Numbered from the stretch's first letter, positions 27,776-37,099 are shown. The stretch: 64,000 nucleotides of DNA from a virus (IMGVR_UViG_3300034410_000463:19334-83333); one strand, 5' to 3'. Notes: a model not told the origin generated them from the sequence alone. Translations and numbers: made by a program.

Positions 27776-29767
27776 TTAGTGCAATGCTTCCCACGTGAAA
27801 CCAGTATATACTTCGAGCTTTTGGCTAGTAGTATTCCATATTACCATACCAGTTTGTGTCTGGAGCTGGCCTCGTTCAGTGCTGCTCAAGTTAGCAAATA
27901 CTACTGGAAGATTAGATATTGTAACGCGACGAGCAAAATTACTTCCGCCGCCACCGGTAATAGTAATACCATCATCAAGATTGCCAGCGCTGTCTTCTGT
28001 CATCAGCGATATAGTTTCCCTACTTAGGTTTCCGCCAATATTAATTTCCGCAGTGGCAGCACTACCAAGCAGCCACTGCATAGTTAATTCGGCAGAGGTG
28101 TCGTTAGTTATTTTGTAACCATTCATATCTAGGTTACTTGACATCGACCCACTCAAGTGAGGAGAGAAACTAAATTCACCGTTTACTGATGAATAACTTA
28201 GTGCGCCTCCAGGAGTTGGTGCACCCGTAGAAACAGAAAGATCGGTATAAACGATTCCATTATCTGGTCCTTGGAGACCTTGCAAGCCTTGTAAACCTTG
28301 AACACCTTGAACGCCCGGATCACCAATACCAGCAATACCCTGAACTGATTCAGGACCTTGAACACCTTGAAGACCTTGAGCGCCTGTTTGACCGATACCA
28401 GTTGCTCCTTGTAAACCACCTACACCTTGTAAGCCATTTGGTCCTGGAACAGCTTCTCCTTGCAGACCTTGAACACCCGCGCCTTGTAGACCTTGAACAC
28501 CCTGTGGACCAACATCTCCAACTAAACCTTGAGCGCCCGAACCTGCTGGGCCTTGTACACCAGGATCGCCTACACCAAGTAGACCTTGAATACCTTGCAC
28601 GGAACCAGATGGTCCTTGAATACCCTGATTACCTAGTGGCCCATCGCCACCTTCTGTACCCTGTGGTCCTTGTGCACCTTCAGCATCTATACCTTGAACA
28701 CCCTGTGGACCAGTTCCGCCTGGACCAATTAAACCTTGTGTTCCTTGGTGGCCTTGCAATCCAAAACCTGCTGGACCAGTATCACCTTGAACACCTTGAA
28801 TGCCTGTGCCGCTAGTACCTTGGTTACCCTGCAATCCAAAACCTGCCGGACCTTCTGGGCCATCACTACCTTGAACACCTTGAACTGTTGCGCCAGCTGG
28901 AGCAGACGGTCCTTGAATACCTTGAGGACCAAAATCACCTGGGTCACCAGCATTACCGTCAGCACCTTGCAAACCAGTTTGACCTTGAATGCCCTGTGAT
29001 CCTGATGTACCAAAACCAATTGGTCCTTGTAATCCATCAGTACCTTGAATACCTTGTACGCCTTGGTCTCCACCGCCGCCTCCGCCACCAGCTCCAGCGG
29101 GACCTTGAACACCTTGGTTACCAGATAATCCAATACCATTTGTACCTTGAGCGCCAGTTGTTCCTTGTGGGCCTGGATCTCCACCAGAACCAACAAAGCC
29201 TTGAAGACCTTGTAGTCCACCACCGCCGCCATCGGTAATTCCGTAACCAGCTAATGTTGTTGGTGTATTTGTAATAGTAGACCAAGCTTGGTTATGAGAA
29301 CTTGGTGGGAAAGATGATGGTACGCCTGTTAAGCTTGAATACGCAAAATCTTGTGATATGCCGGCAGCATTAATAGTAACACTGTCGTTTGTTGAATTTG
29401 TTGTAAGAGTAATGTTTGAACCAGCAATGAACTCTAAGGTATCTGTTGCTGTGTCGGCAGAAACACTTGCTTGCCCTGCGACTGATACAATACTGAAAGC
29501 GTTTTGGTTAACGTCACCGCCACCACCGCCTCCGCCACCCGATCCTAGGCTTCCCCAAGCACCGTTTTGATAGCCCTCAAAAGAGTTAAGACTTGTGTTG
29601 TATCTTAGGTATCCATCAGTTGGTGTGCTGTCTCTATCACCAGTTGTACCTGCTGGAATTTCAATTGAACCTGTTTCGGAAGTACGCGGAGCGATCGCAT
29701 CGAAATTGTCGTCCATCTCGTTATATGTGAGGGCAGATCCCTTATCACCGCGTTTAATAATTGACAT
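27776..29767 (-). CDS. Collagen-like fibre protein
   Basis: N-terminal [14 protein letters not shown] anchor; long Gly-X-Y tract; C-terminal [15 protein letters not shown]. Confidence 0.85.
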   Translation of the reverse strand: MSIIKRGDKGSALTYNEMDDNFDAIAPRTSETGSIEIPAGTTGDRDSTPTDGYLRYNTSLNSFEGYQNGAWGSLGSGGGGGGGGDVNQNAFSIVSVAGQASVSADTATDTLEFIAGSNITLTTNSTNDSVTINAAGISQDFAYSSLTGVPSSFPPSSHNQAWSTITNTPTTLAGYGITDGGGGGLQGLQGFVGSGGDPGPQGTTGAQGTNGIGLSGNQGVQGPAGAGGGGGGGDQGVQGIQGTDGLQGPIGFGTSGSQGIQGQTGLQGADGNAGDPGDFGPQGIQGPSAPAGATVQGVQGSDGPEGPAGFGLQGNQGTSGTGIQGVQGDTGPAGFGLQGHQGTQGLIGPGGTGPQGVQGIDAEGAQGPQGTEGGDGPLGNQGIQGPSGSVQGIQGLLGVGDPGVQGPAGSGAQGLVGDVGPQGVQGLQGAGVQGLQGEAVPGPNGLQGVGGLQGATGIGQTGAQGLQGVQGPESVQGIAGIGDPGVQGVQGLQGLQGLQGPDNGIVYTDLSVSTGAPTPGGALSYSSVNGEFSFSPHLSGSMSSNLDMNGYKITNDTSAELTMQWLLGSAATAEINIGGNLSRETISLMTEDSAGNLDDGITITGGGGSNFARRVTISNLPVVFANLSSTERGQLQTQTGMVIWNTTSQKLEVYTGFTWEALH
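28260..29230 (-). repeat. Gly-X-Gln collagen repeat tract (approximate limits)
   Basis: Recurrent GVQG/GLQG/GIQG/GPQG; accttg repeats on + strand; GC-rich relative to flanks. Confidence 0.9.
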
Positions 29768-30204
29768 TATGTCGAGTCCCCTTGATCGTTATAATATTTA
29801 CCCACGTAAGAAATAAACCCAGTTGGGTAATTTGAAGGTATCTGTATATTTATATAATTTTCTTCAACATATCCTTCCAAAACATATTCGAAGCTTGGTG
29901 GATACTCTATATTTATATAACCTGCCTCTGCATAGTTCGGCATAGCATAACGATGTGAATAAGTATATGTTACTCCTTCAGCCGCAGTTACGTACCCTGG
30001 ATTATCTACTACGTAATCATCTACCGTAAAATTAAATAGTTCTATTTCTGCTGGTGTAAGTAAGTAATCATCTACAGTCTCACCTTCAGGTAATGGAGAA
30101 GGTGGAGTGAAAGTATACGCTTGCGCTTGTAGATCTGCTTTAACGGCAGGATCTGTTTCTATTGCTATTTGAGCAAATAGTGCAGCGTAATTTGGTTTAG
30201 GCAT
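29767..30204 (-). CDS. Tyr-rich repeat protein (fibre-associated?)
   Basis: [35 protein letters not shown]. Confidence 0.6.
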   Translation of the reverse strand: MPKPNYAALFAQIAIETDPAVKADLQAQAYTFTPPSPLPEGETVDDYLLTPAEIELFNFTVDDYVVDNPGYVTAAEGVTYTYSHRYAMPNYAEAGYINIEYPPSFEYVLEGYVEENYINIQIPSNYPTGFISYVGKYYNDQGDST

Positions 30205-30205
30205 T

Positions 30206-30505
30206 TTATCCTCCGGCTAAACACGTAAACGAGCCGGAAGCACATATATTCGGTAACCACGATCCGTGGCCTGATGTTGCGTCTAATACTCGATGCACTG
30301 GAACTCCGCCAGCAAAAACTCTTGATGAACCGGTTACTGCGATATCCCCGCATGCTGTAGCACCGCCGATTGTTACTGCAAGAGATCCGTTAACGAAAAC
30401 TCTTCCTTGCGCTGACGATACATAAGGTGTTTTATGAAATGGGTTGCCGGTTGGACTAGCGTGTCCTAAATGTGAATCCATTCCTACTCGTGCCATTGGC
30501 ATCAT
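30206..30505 (-). CDS. PAAR spike tip protein (gp5.4-like)
   Basis: ARVGMDSHLGH, VFVNG, TACG, GSSRVF; GGAGA RBS supports start 30505. Confidence 0.8.
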   Translation of the reverse strand: MMPMARVGMDSHLGHASPTGNPFHKTPYVSSAQGRVFVNGSLAVTIGGATACGDIAVTGSSRVFAGGVPVHRVLDATSGHGSWLPNICASGSFTCLAGG

Positions 30506-30526
30506 TTTACTGTCTCCTAAAAGTAA

Positions 30527-30546
30527 GAATGGCCCGAAGGCCATTC
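30527..30546 (-). terminator. Stem-loop with cUUCGg tetraloop after phoH
   Basis: GAATGGCC-TTCG-GGCCATTC; weak U-tract. Confidence 0.65.
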
Positions 30547-30563
30547 TCTGTTAAATTAACTAG

Positions 30564-31316
30564 CTAAGCCGCTATTTGAATGCGTTCCTTTGCTAATATA
30601 TATTCTTTTACGAGACCCGACCGGACAATGTCTTCGGGAGTAAATTGAATAGTTTCAAAACTATCTACTTTTTGGATTACCCGTAAAAAATCTCTGAGAC
30701 CGGAAACTTCTGCTCGATTCCTCGATGTCGCTAAGTCATCTTGCCTTGTGTCTCCGCAGAATACAATCTTGGACGATTCTCCTACTCGTGTGATAATTGT
30801 ATCTAATTCGTGGTATGTCATAGATTGACATTCGTCTACAATAATAATTGCGTTATCGAATGTTAATCCTCTGACGAATGAGGACGTCATAAACTTAACC
30901 ATGCCTTTTTGTTGAAGTATTTGATATGCATCTCCACGACCGAATAAGTCGTTGACGATATCTGAGTAGGGTACTGAATATAGTGCCTCTTTTTGCTCTT
31001 TGCTTCCTGGCATGAAGCCTTGTTCGCGTGTCTGAACTGCAGATCTAACTACGATGATTTGTTCATATCCTCCTTTCTTAAGTACGTCGTTCAGTGCTAA
31101 ATACATAGCACACATCGTTTTACCTGTACCTGCTGTCCCGATGGCCGCGATATTGTATCCTGAATTATAAGATTTAAACATATCTCCCTGAGTTGGTGTT
31201 AATGGTTTAATTTGTCTCATACCAAAGTTTTGATTTAAGATACTTACCATGTGCTCCTGATCTCTTGATTGACGTTGTTTTTCTCTTCTGGATAATCTTC
31301 GCTGTTTAGCTGCCAT
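30564..31316 (-). CDS. phoH: PhoH family ATPase
   Basis: GTAGTGKT, GFMPG, SFVRGLTF, IVDECQ, GDTRQ, IVRSGLVK. Confidence 0.93.
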   Translation of the reverse strand: MAAKQRRLSRREKQRQSRDQEHMVSILNQNFGMRQIKPLTPTQGDMFKSYNSGYNIAAIGTAGTGKTMCAMYLALNDVLKKGGYEQIIVVRSAVQTREQGFMPGSKEQKEALYSVPYSDIVNDLFGRGDAYQILQQKGMVKFMTSSFVRGLTFDNAIIIVDECQSMTYHELDTIITRVGESSKIVFCGDTRQDDLATSRNRAEVSGLRDFLRVIQKVDSFETIQFTPEDIVRSGLVKEYILAKERIQIAA

Positions 31317-31360
31317 TGAACTCTCCTAGTTGTTTGTAGGATAAACTTTCAAATCGATCA

Positions 31361-31603
31361 TTACCAAGTATTAATGTTATCCTTTTTATGGTGGTGTTTT
31401 ACGTTTTTGAGAACATCACGAAAGCCGTCATCAGGCTTGATTAGCCCAAGACGGTGCGCATCTCCAATTGACGGAGCGCGTACAATTCTTTGTTGTAAAT
31501 GGGGGTTGTCGAGCTTGAACTGATCTAGCTCTGCGATCTTCATGGTGATTTCCATGAATTCTTCTGGTTCTTTTGTTGTGTCTGCAAATGTATATATTGG
31601 CAT
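31361..31603 (-). CDS. Conserved T4-like small protein
   Basis: MPIYTF...NPHL...KPDDGFRDVLK. Confidence 0.65.
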   Translation of the reverse strand: MPIYTFADTTKEPEEFMEITMKIAELDQFKLDNPHLQQRIVRAPSIGDAHRLGLIKPDDGFRDVLKNVKHHHKKDNINTW

Positions 31604-31625
31604 ACATTCTCCTATTCTATAATAT

Positions 31626-31658
31626 AAAAAAAGCCAACTAGATAATACATAGTCGGCT
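31626..31658 (-). terminator. Intrinsic terminator
   Basis: AGCCGACTA-N9-TAGTTGGCT followed by U-run. Confidence 0.65.
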
Positions 31659-31695
31659 CAAACGTTTGTTAGTGATAGACTGTATTATATGATTA

Positions 31696-31703
31696 TATTT
31701 ATA
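31696..31703 (-). promoter_or_regulatory. T4-type late promoter
   Basis: TATAAATA on minus strand. Confidence 0.6.
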
Positions 31704-31726
31704 ATCGTAATACACTCAAGAGGGCA

Positions 31727-32320
31727 TTATCCAACAATTATTTCATATATTTCTTTCCAGTTCGTGACCCGCTGAGCCTTACCTGAATAGTCTTTATTGA
31801 ACGTATGTCCCATTAAAATAGACTCTAATCCGAGCTCTACACCAAGGTCTGCATTTTCTGGCTTATCTTCAATCCACCAACATTCTGTTCCACGGTATTG
31901 TTCCAAAGCTTCGTCTTTATCAGCACCAGTATCTAAGTAAACAAACGTATCAAATACGCTTGGTCCAAACATTTCAATTAGATTCTTTGTTCTTAGATGT
32001 TGTGCATAGTAATCATTGCTTAGAGAACTAATCACTCTGAAGACATATCCGTGCTCTTCATGAAGCTTTTTCATATACTTAATAGTATCACGTAGAGGAG
32101 GTAGGCAACGTATCCAAGCAGACTCGTTGAACATACGAACTAAACGTTCTTTTTCAACATGATCTAATCCATAACGCTTGGTAACGTCGTATTCTTTTTC
32201 AGCGCCAGGCACTGTTTCGTAACCGTGTTTATCCATCCATTGTGTGAAGGAAAATAGCCAATCGAGTAGTACTCCATCGACGTCGGTTAATATTACTTTT
32301 TCACTTAAACTCATATTCAT
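31727..32320 (-). CDS. HAD-family 5'(3')-deoxyribonucleotidase
   Basis: ILTDVDGVLLDW, WIEDKPEN. Confidence 0.8.
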   Translation of the reverse strand: MNMSLSEKVILTDVDGVLLDWLFSFTQWMDKHGYETVPGAEKEYDVTKRYGLDHVEKERLVRMFNESAWIRCLPPLRDTIKYMKKLHEEHGYVFRVISSLSNDYYAQHLRTKNLIEMFGPSVFDTFVYLDTGADKDEALEQYRGTECWWIEDKPENADLGVELGLESILMGHTFNKDYSGKAQRVTNWKEIYEIIVG

Positions 32321-32347
32321 ACTTTCTTTGTTATTTAATTTAATACT

Positions 32348-32386
32348 ATTATAACAAAAAAGGGGCTGAATGTCAACCCCTTTTTC
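32348..32386 (-). promoter_or_regulatory. sigma70 promoter embedded in a terminator palindrome
   Basis: TTGACA-N17-TATAAT; AAAAAGGGGTTGA-CAT-TCAGCCCCTTTTTT. Confidence 0.8.
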
Positions 32387-32405
32387 ACTTTAATTTAAAC
32401 TAAAT

Positions 32406-32768
32406 TTATGATGAGAACTTAAACTTAGCTTGTTGAGCAGAACACTTGTAACGCTTACCGGTTGTTCCACATGTGTATTGGTAAGGATAAGCTTTAGCTC
32501 TTGTATTGTAACCAGTAAGTTGGTCACCATTAGAGTTGGTCATTGCTAGACCAGCTTGTTTAGCCATCATTTCTAAAATGCTATCAGATCGTGTAGTAGC
32601 ACCTTTGATCTTAGCTTCAACCTTGATAGTAACCTCAGCTTCAGAGAATCTCATGTTACCAACATTGATATCTAAGTTTGTTTTAACAGCATACTTGTTC
32701 ATTACTTCTTGCATTTCTGAACGAAGGGCGTTAAGAGTAGCTTTGTCAAATTTAGCGAATTTAGTCAT
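32406..32768 (-). CDS. Hypothetical early protein
   Basis: AAGGAA RBS behind promoter. Confidence 0.65.
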   Translation of the reverse strand: MTKFAKFDKATLNALRSEMQEVMNKYAVKTNLDINVGNMRFSEAEVTIKVEAKIKGATTRSDSILEMMAKQAGLAMTNSNGDQLTGYNTRAKAYPYQYTCGTTGKRYKCSAQQAKFKFSS

Positions 32769-32802
32769 AATATAGTTCCTTGTTTAATCAATTTATATAT
32801 GT

Positions 32803-32831
32803 ATTATAAGCTATTTTGAACCGTTTGTCAA
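32803..32831 (-). promoter_or_regulatory. sigma70 early promoter
   Basis: TTGACA-N17-TATAAT. Confidence 0.85.
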
Positions 32832-32897
32832 CTGTTTTTTTCATTTAATTTCAAATTAATTTCAAAAAACTAGCTTATTTCCTCATTTGTTAGATAC

Positions 32898-32926
32898 ATT
32901 ATAAGTCATTTGAAAGGAAATGTCAA
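32898..32926 (-). promoter_or_regulatory. sigma70 early promoter (tandem)
   Basis: TTGACA-N17-TATAAT. Confidence 0.8.
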
Positions 32927-32950
32927 GGCTTTTTTTCATTTAATTACAAA

Positions 32951-33148
32951 TTATTTGCCTTTTTTGGGCTTTCTTTTGATATTATTGTCAGAGTCGTACC
33001 ATCGATCTGAGAACTTCTGCCTACGGGCCTCTTTTACAGCCCGTTGCTTACCACCTTTGTTTTTACCTTTGGTCTTGTAATCGTCGTCAGTACCCCACTC
33101 ATCATCTTCCCAAGCGTCGCGGAATTTCTTGATGCGCTTCTTACTCAT
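32951..33148 (-). CDS. Small Lys-rich protein
   Basis: 65-aa highly charged ORF. Confidence 0.5.
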   Translation of the reverse strand: MSKKRIKKFRDAWEDDEWGTDDDYKTKGKNKGGKQRAVKEARRQKFSDRWYDSDNNIKRKPKKGK

Positions 33149-33165
33149 GTTGATTTACCCTTATA

Positions 33166-33591
33166 TCATTCTTTTATTAAGTTTGGAAATGCTTCTGTTA
33201 TAACTTTCTTAGATAACCCTTTAAATGGCTTCTTAGATATCATCTGAACCAGCGTTTTAGCATCGTCATTGTCTACATCTTCTAATAAACTAATGAATAG
33301 CTGCTCACGCTTAATTTGCTTCAAATTATCATATCCGCCACCTTCAACAAAAATTCTTAGACGACGAGCCTCTGAATATAACAGTGCTTTTGCTTCGTCT
33401 TCATATTCATTTTCATTCCACGGTGGTGGAGTATCAGGTACTAAGAATTTAATATTACTGTCATATGTATAAGATATGATAGTTCTCAAAGGCTGATTGT
33501 CATGCTTTTGAAGGAATGCTACCTTCGCCTTAGCTGATTTCTCTGCACCTGCTCCAGCGAGTATTTCGCTGATTGATATTCGTACCGCCAT
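33166..33591 (-). CDS. Conserved T4-like hypothetical protein
   Basis: LYSEARRL, KREQLFISLLE; adjacent to rnh. Confidence 0.7.
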   Translation of the reverse strand: MAVRISISEILAGAGAEKSAKAKVAFLQKHDNQPLRTIISYTYDSNIKFLVPDTPPPWNENEYEDEAKALLYSEARRLRIFVEGGGYDNLKQIKREQLFISLLEDVDNDDAKTLVQMISKKPFKGLSKKVITEAFPNLIKE

Positions 33592-33592
33592 G

Positions 33593-34453
33593 TTAAAAGT
33601 CCTGTATGTCTGTGATCAAGTGCTTTAATTTCTTTTCTACAAAGAAGTTGAATAGGCGTTCCCTGCCAACACTTGATTCTTTATTATATGATTCAAGAAC
33701 TAAATCTTGATACTTTTGTGGAATCTGAGAAAGGTCGATCATCATTTTATTACGATGGAATCGACGAAGAGTTTCTTCATCCATAACCTCTGGGCCTTGT
33801 GAATAAAGTGCTAGACGCTTTTTAGTCATAGGACTTTGACGTTCACCAACAGCCAAGCAATTATCTGGGGATAAGATGTTTGGAACACCATCACCGGTAT
33901 CACCCTTTAGAATATGCTCATTGAGATAGTTAACGGGCTGATCATTACGAATCCAGCGTTTGCGGATAGGATCATACTGATCGACGTTAGCATATTTTTG
34001 CAACTGGATAAAATCCTTATCAGCTGAAAGAATCAAGAACTTTTCAGAACCAATGTTCAATTCAGATCCATATTCATTAATAACTGCACCGATAATATCG
34101 TCAGCTTCACAATGTTCAATATGGATTACTTTATAAGGAAAGTACTCATCCATTTCAGAACGCACGTTATTCATAATTTGAAATAGTGCATTCCAATCCA
34201 TGCCTGATTTATCCCTACCAGCTTTACGATTTGCCTTGTAGTAAGGATATGCCTCTTTGCGCCACGTATTTTTACCGTCGCAACAAACTACGATTTCACC
34301 ATACTCTTCTGAGAATTTTTTGCGGTTTGATCGTATTGAGTTTAAAAACATGTGGCGAATGATTGATTCATCTGCTGCCACATCCGTGTGGTTACCAATA
34401 CTTGCAAATAAAGACGCAAGGATAACCTGATTGTAGTCTACTAATATAGCCAT
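33593..34453 (-). CDS. rnh: T4 RNase H / 5'-3' exonuclease
   Basis: ILVDYNQV, WRKEAYPYYKANR, EADDIIG, SADKDFIQLQ, GDTGDGVPNILS. Confidence 0.92.
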   Translation of the reverse strand: MAILVDYNQVILASLFASIGNHTDVAADESIIRHMFLNSIRSNRKKFSEEYGEIVVCCDGKNTWRKEAYPYYKANRKAGRDKSGMDWNALFQIMNNVRSEMDEYFPYKVIHIEHCEADDIIGAVINEYGSELNIGSEKFLILSADKDFIQLQKYANVDQYDPIRKRWIRNDQPVNYLNEHILKGDTGDGVPNILSPDNCLAVGERQSPMTKKRLALYSQGPEVMDEETLRRFHRNKMMIDLSQIPQKYQDLVLESYNKESSVGRERLFNFFVEKKLKHLITDIQDF

Positions 34454-34486
34454 AATATTTTCCGTTTCATTTAATCTTCATAGATC

Positions 34487-34515
34487 ATAATAACCTATGT
34501 AGATCCAATTGTCAA
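34487..34515 (-). promoter_or_regulatory. sigma70 promoter
   Basis: TTGACA-N17-TATTAT. Confidence 0.7.
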
Positions 34516-34519
34516 CCTT

Positions 34520-35476
34520 TTATTTGGTGGCAGCTTTTTCTCTAAGGATTTTAGTCCATAGATTAGAAAAGCTGTCAATGTCATTGGCTACAAGTCCAAA
34601 TTTATCTGATCTTGTAAACCGGTTAAAGAATTGAGGATCGTTCTTTTGAGCTTCCAACACACTCTTAGTAACTGCATATGCAATCGATGCGTGTTTAGTT
34701 GGATCTTCGGTATAGTCATACATAACTGTAGCACTTGCCGCTGTTTCGGCCAAAGCACCATAGTTTGGATGAATACAAATCAATCCAGATCGAATTGCTT
34801 CAATAAGAGCAATACACGACGTTTCTTTCCAAACATTGGGATATAAGAAAATGTGTGATCTATCTAATGCTTCGAGTACTTCTTTATTAGAAACATTACC
34901 ATGATTTGTCATTTTTGGATGATCTTCGATTTGTTTAAAGATCTTAGCATATGGTTCATCTCTTTGAGGCCAACCATAAATGCCGAAAGAAGAATAAACA
35001 TCAAGATGAATGTTATCATATTCTTTTGATAAAGCATCAAATGCTGGTATCAATAGCTCTAAACCACGGTGTGGAGTAGTATGATAAACGAATCGAATTG
35101 TTTGTGTATTCTTTTCTTCTGCTTCATACCGTTTTTCAATAGCATTAGGAATAACCGAACACTTTGAATACGGAATGCCAAAATAAGCAATGTATTGATC
35201 ACGCTGCCATGAGGTCACAAAAACAAAGTGATCGAACTTAGTCCAACCATTATCAACTAAGATTTTGTTTTCAGGATCTTCGGCTAGGTCGTGACAGTAC
35301 AAAATGTTTTTCACATCTTCAGGAATATCCCTAGGACGTGAAAAGTGGATTGCATAACCTTGTAATAATTCAGGTTGAACAGTATCGAGAAGACGCTTGC
35401 GCATCATCTCGGTACCACCTTTTGAATTTTTAGACAGCTCGGTTTCTACAACCTCACCTTTGTAAATCATACTCAT
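34520..35476 (-). CDS. GT-B (GT4-like) glycosyltransferase
   Basis: KGGTE, HTTPHRGL, YPNVWKETSCIALIEA, GALAET. Confidence 0.85.
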   Translation of the reverse strand: MSMIYKGEVVETELSKNSKGGTEMMRKRLLDTVQPELLQGYAIHFSRPRDIPEDVKNILYCHDLAEDPENKILVDNGWTKFDHFVFVTSWQRDQYIAYFGIPYSKCSVIPNAIEKRYEAEEKNTQTIRFVYHTTPHRGLELLIPAFDALSKEYDNIHLDVYSSFGIYGWPQRDEPYAKIFKQIEDHPKMTNHGNVSNKEVLEALDRSHIFLYPNVWKETSCIALIEAIRSGLICIHPNYGALAETAASATVMYDYTEDPTKHASIAYAVTKSVLEAQKNDPQFFNRFTRSDKFGLVANDIDSFSNLWTKILREKAATK

Positions 35477-35479
35477 TGC

Positions 35480-35749
35480 TTACCCCGCTTGAAAAGCTTT
35501 GATAGAGTCCCAACGGAATGATCGCCAACCAGCGTTATCAACATCATAAACCGCCAAAACATTTGGATTAGGTTTCTTAGGTGCCGGTGGTGTTTCACCT
35601 TCGGCAAGTACTTTTTCTACTACAGCGGGTAATAGTTCAGCCTTGAGAGTGGCCGCCATTACACGTTCATCACCATTTACTTTTGTAAACGTAACTGAAC
35701 ATACACCTGCGTGTAGTGCGCTTTGAATTTCTTCTTTCTTTAATTGCAT
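35480..35749 (-). CDS. Nested in-frame gene (89 aa, WYL/SH3-barrel-like)
   Basis: Internal AATAAATA (35773-35780), AAGGAG RBS (35757-35762), ATG 35749. Confidence 0.6.
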   Translation of the reverse strand: MQLKKEEIQSALHAGVCSVTFTKVNGDERVMAATLKAELLPAVVEKVLAEGETPPAPKKPNPNVLAVYDVDNAGWRSFRWDSIKAFQAG

Positions 35750-36385
35750 ATTATTGCTCCTTATCACATTGATATTTATTTCATTTTCAAAAATTTCTTT
35801 GAGAGCTCCATTGAAGTCCTCTACAGTAGAATTGTTGTGGATTCTATATGATTGTACATCAAACTTGTGCGGAAGTACATACTTTTTTTCAATACTTGTT
35901 GCATGATTAAGTACGTATTCCTTTGTAATATTTCCATCGAAATATCTACGTGAGTCTGATGAGAAATCATGTCCTTCACGAGTAAGTTGAACTAAGCGGA
36001 AATTTTCTTTACCAACCTTTTCAACTACTGGCAACAACTCATCGATAAAGCCGCCATCAGAGATAGCATAATCTTTTGTAAGATCGATCTCATCAGCAAC
36101 GAGTTTACCAAAATAGTCTAAACCCATACGAGGTTTAATTACTTTTTCTGATACATATATCATTGCTTCACGGCATGACATATGCCCTAAGTCTTGACAG
36201 CGTACTTCTTTTAAATCACGATTTTCGTAACGATCCATAAACCATTCTTTATCTACATTAAAGTATTTGATGGTTTCTTCGTATAGACGATACTTAAAAG
36301 AAAGGTGTTTATAACCTTTAGCTTTAAAGAAATCTGCTGCGTGGTCTTTACCACATGCTGGAGGGCCATTAAAAAGTATTATCAA
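35480..36385 (-). CDS. dNMP-kinase-like P-loop protein in frame with a C-terminal WYL/SH3-barrel (DUF2693-like) domain
   Basis: FNGPPACGKD, ISDGGF; C-terminal VTFTKVNGDER, VYDVDNAGWRSF; TTG start with GGAGGA. Confidence 0.7.
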   Translation of the reverse strand: MIILFNGPPACGKDHAADFFKAKGYKHLSFKYRLYEETIKYFNVDKEWFMDRYENRDLKEVRCQDLGHMSCREAMIYVSEKVIKPRMGLDYFGKLVADEIDLTKDYAISDGGFIDELLPVVEKVGKENFRLVQLTREGHDFSSDSRRYFDGNITKEYVLNHATSIEKKYVLPHKFDVQSYRIHNNSTVEDFNGALKEIFENEININVIRSNNMQLKKEEIQSALHAGVCSVTFTKVNGDERVMAATLKAELLPAVVEKVLAEGETPPAPKKPNPNVLAVYDVDNAGWRSFRWDSIKAFQAG

Positions 36386-36387
36386 GT

Positions 36388-36633
36388 CTATCCTCCAAAC
36401 TTATCATTAACAATTGCTTGTAGTTCAGACGAGAACGCATCTTTTAATTCTTTATCAGTAATACCAACCATGATGAAATCACGATCTTGAGAATTTAAAT
36501 AGGGCATAGCATCAGTAATAGAAACTGCACCAGTTTCATACAAAGCTAGATCGCGGGGTTTTACAGTGATCGTTCTTGTGCGGGTTTTGCCGGTAAGAAC
36601 GCTTTTTCGAGTCACATCCATAATATTCTCCAT
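36388..36633 (-). CDS. Conserved phage hypothetical protein
   Basis: DAMPYLNSQDRDFIMVGIT pattern. Confidence 0.6.
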   Translation of the reverse strand: MENIMDVTRKSVLTGKTRTRTITVKPRDLALYETGAVSITDAMPYLNSQDRDFIMVGITDKELKDAFSSELQAIVNDKFGG

Positions 36634-36657
36634 TGAAAGATAATTGGTATATTATCT

Positions 36658-36686
36658 AATATAACACAGCTTTAAACAAATGTCAA
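36658..36686 (-). promoter_or_regulatory. sigma70 promoter
   Basis: TTGACA-N17-TATATT. Confidence 0.7.
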
Positions 36687-37099
36687 CTGTTTTTTAAGCT
36701 TTTTACATGATTCCTATGTATCTTACATTGGATAATTCCGTTATAAAAATCATCTCTTAATAGTACATCATGTTCAAATTGGTACTTGGCTTCTAGATAA
36801 CCAAGTTCACCTTTACTTTTACATAAGGTTAAGATCTCTCTATGAAAGTTATCTGCACCTTTTTCTTCTACCATCAATTTAACTTCTTCAGAAGAACCGT
36901 AGTACTTTTGCCAATCGGTTTCTTTTACTACAGTTCTTCGTCTTTTCTTGCCTTTGAGAGGTGGAAGCTTTCGCTTTGAAGTAAGTAACTTTTTACCAAC
37001 GTATTTCATACCGTTTGATTTGTCGGTAATCAAGTACACAAAGCCTACCCATTCTTCAATCATTTCAGAGGTGAACTCTTCACCCTTATACAGCCACAT
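36683..37099 (-). CDS. Small GIY-YIG endonuclease-like protein
   Basis: GFVYLIT...KYVGKK, YYGSS, FHREIL, YLE, FYN. Confidence 0.75.
   Translation of the reverse strand: MWLYKGEEFTSEMIEEWVGFVYLITDKSNGMKYVGKKLLTSKRKLPPLKGKKRRRTVVKETDWQKYYGSSEEVKLMVEEKGADNFHREILTLCKSKGELGYLEAKYQFEHDVLLRDDFYNGIIQCKIHRNHVKSLKNS

Noticed and set aside
28260-29230. Dense short repeats (accttg units) resembling an array
   Set aside because: Explained by Gly-X-Gln codons in one ORF; no spacers, so not CRISPR
30506-30544. N-terminal extension of the PAAR ORF
   Set aside because: Overlaps the UUCG hairpin; the GGAGA RBS supports a start at 30505
36683-37099. Mobile homing endonuclease
   Set aside because: Only a short catalytic GIY-YIG domain without a DNA-binding tail, and no interrupted target gene; kept as an ordinary CDS
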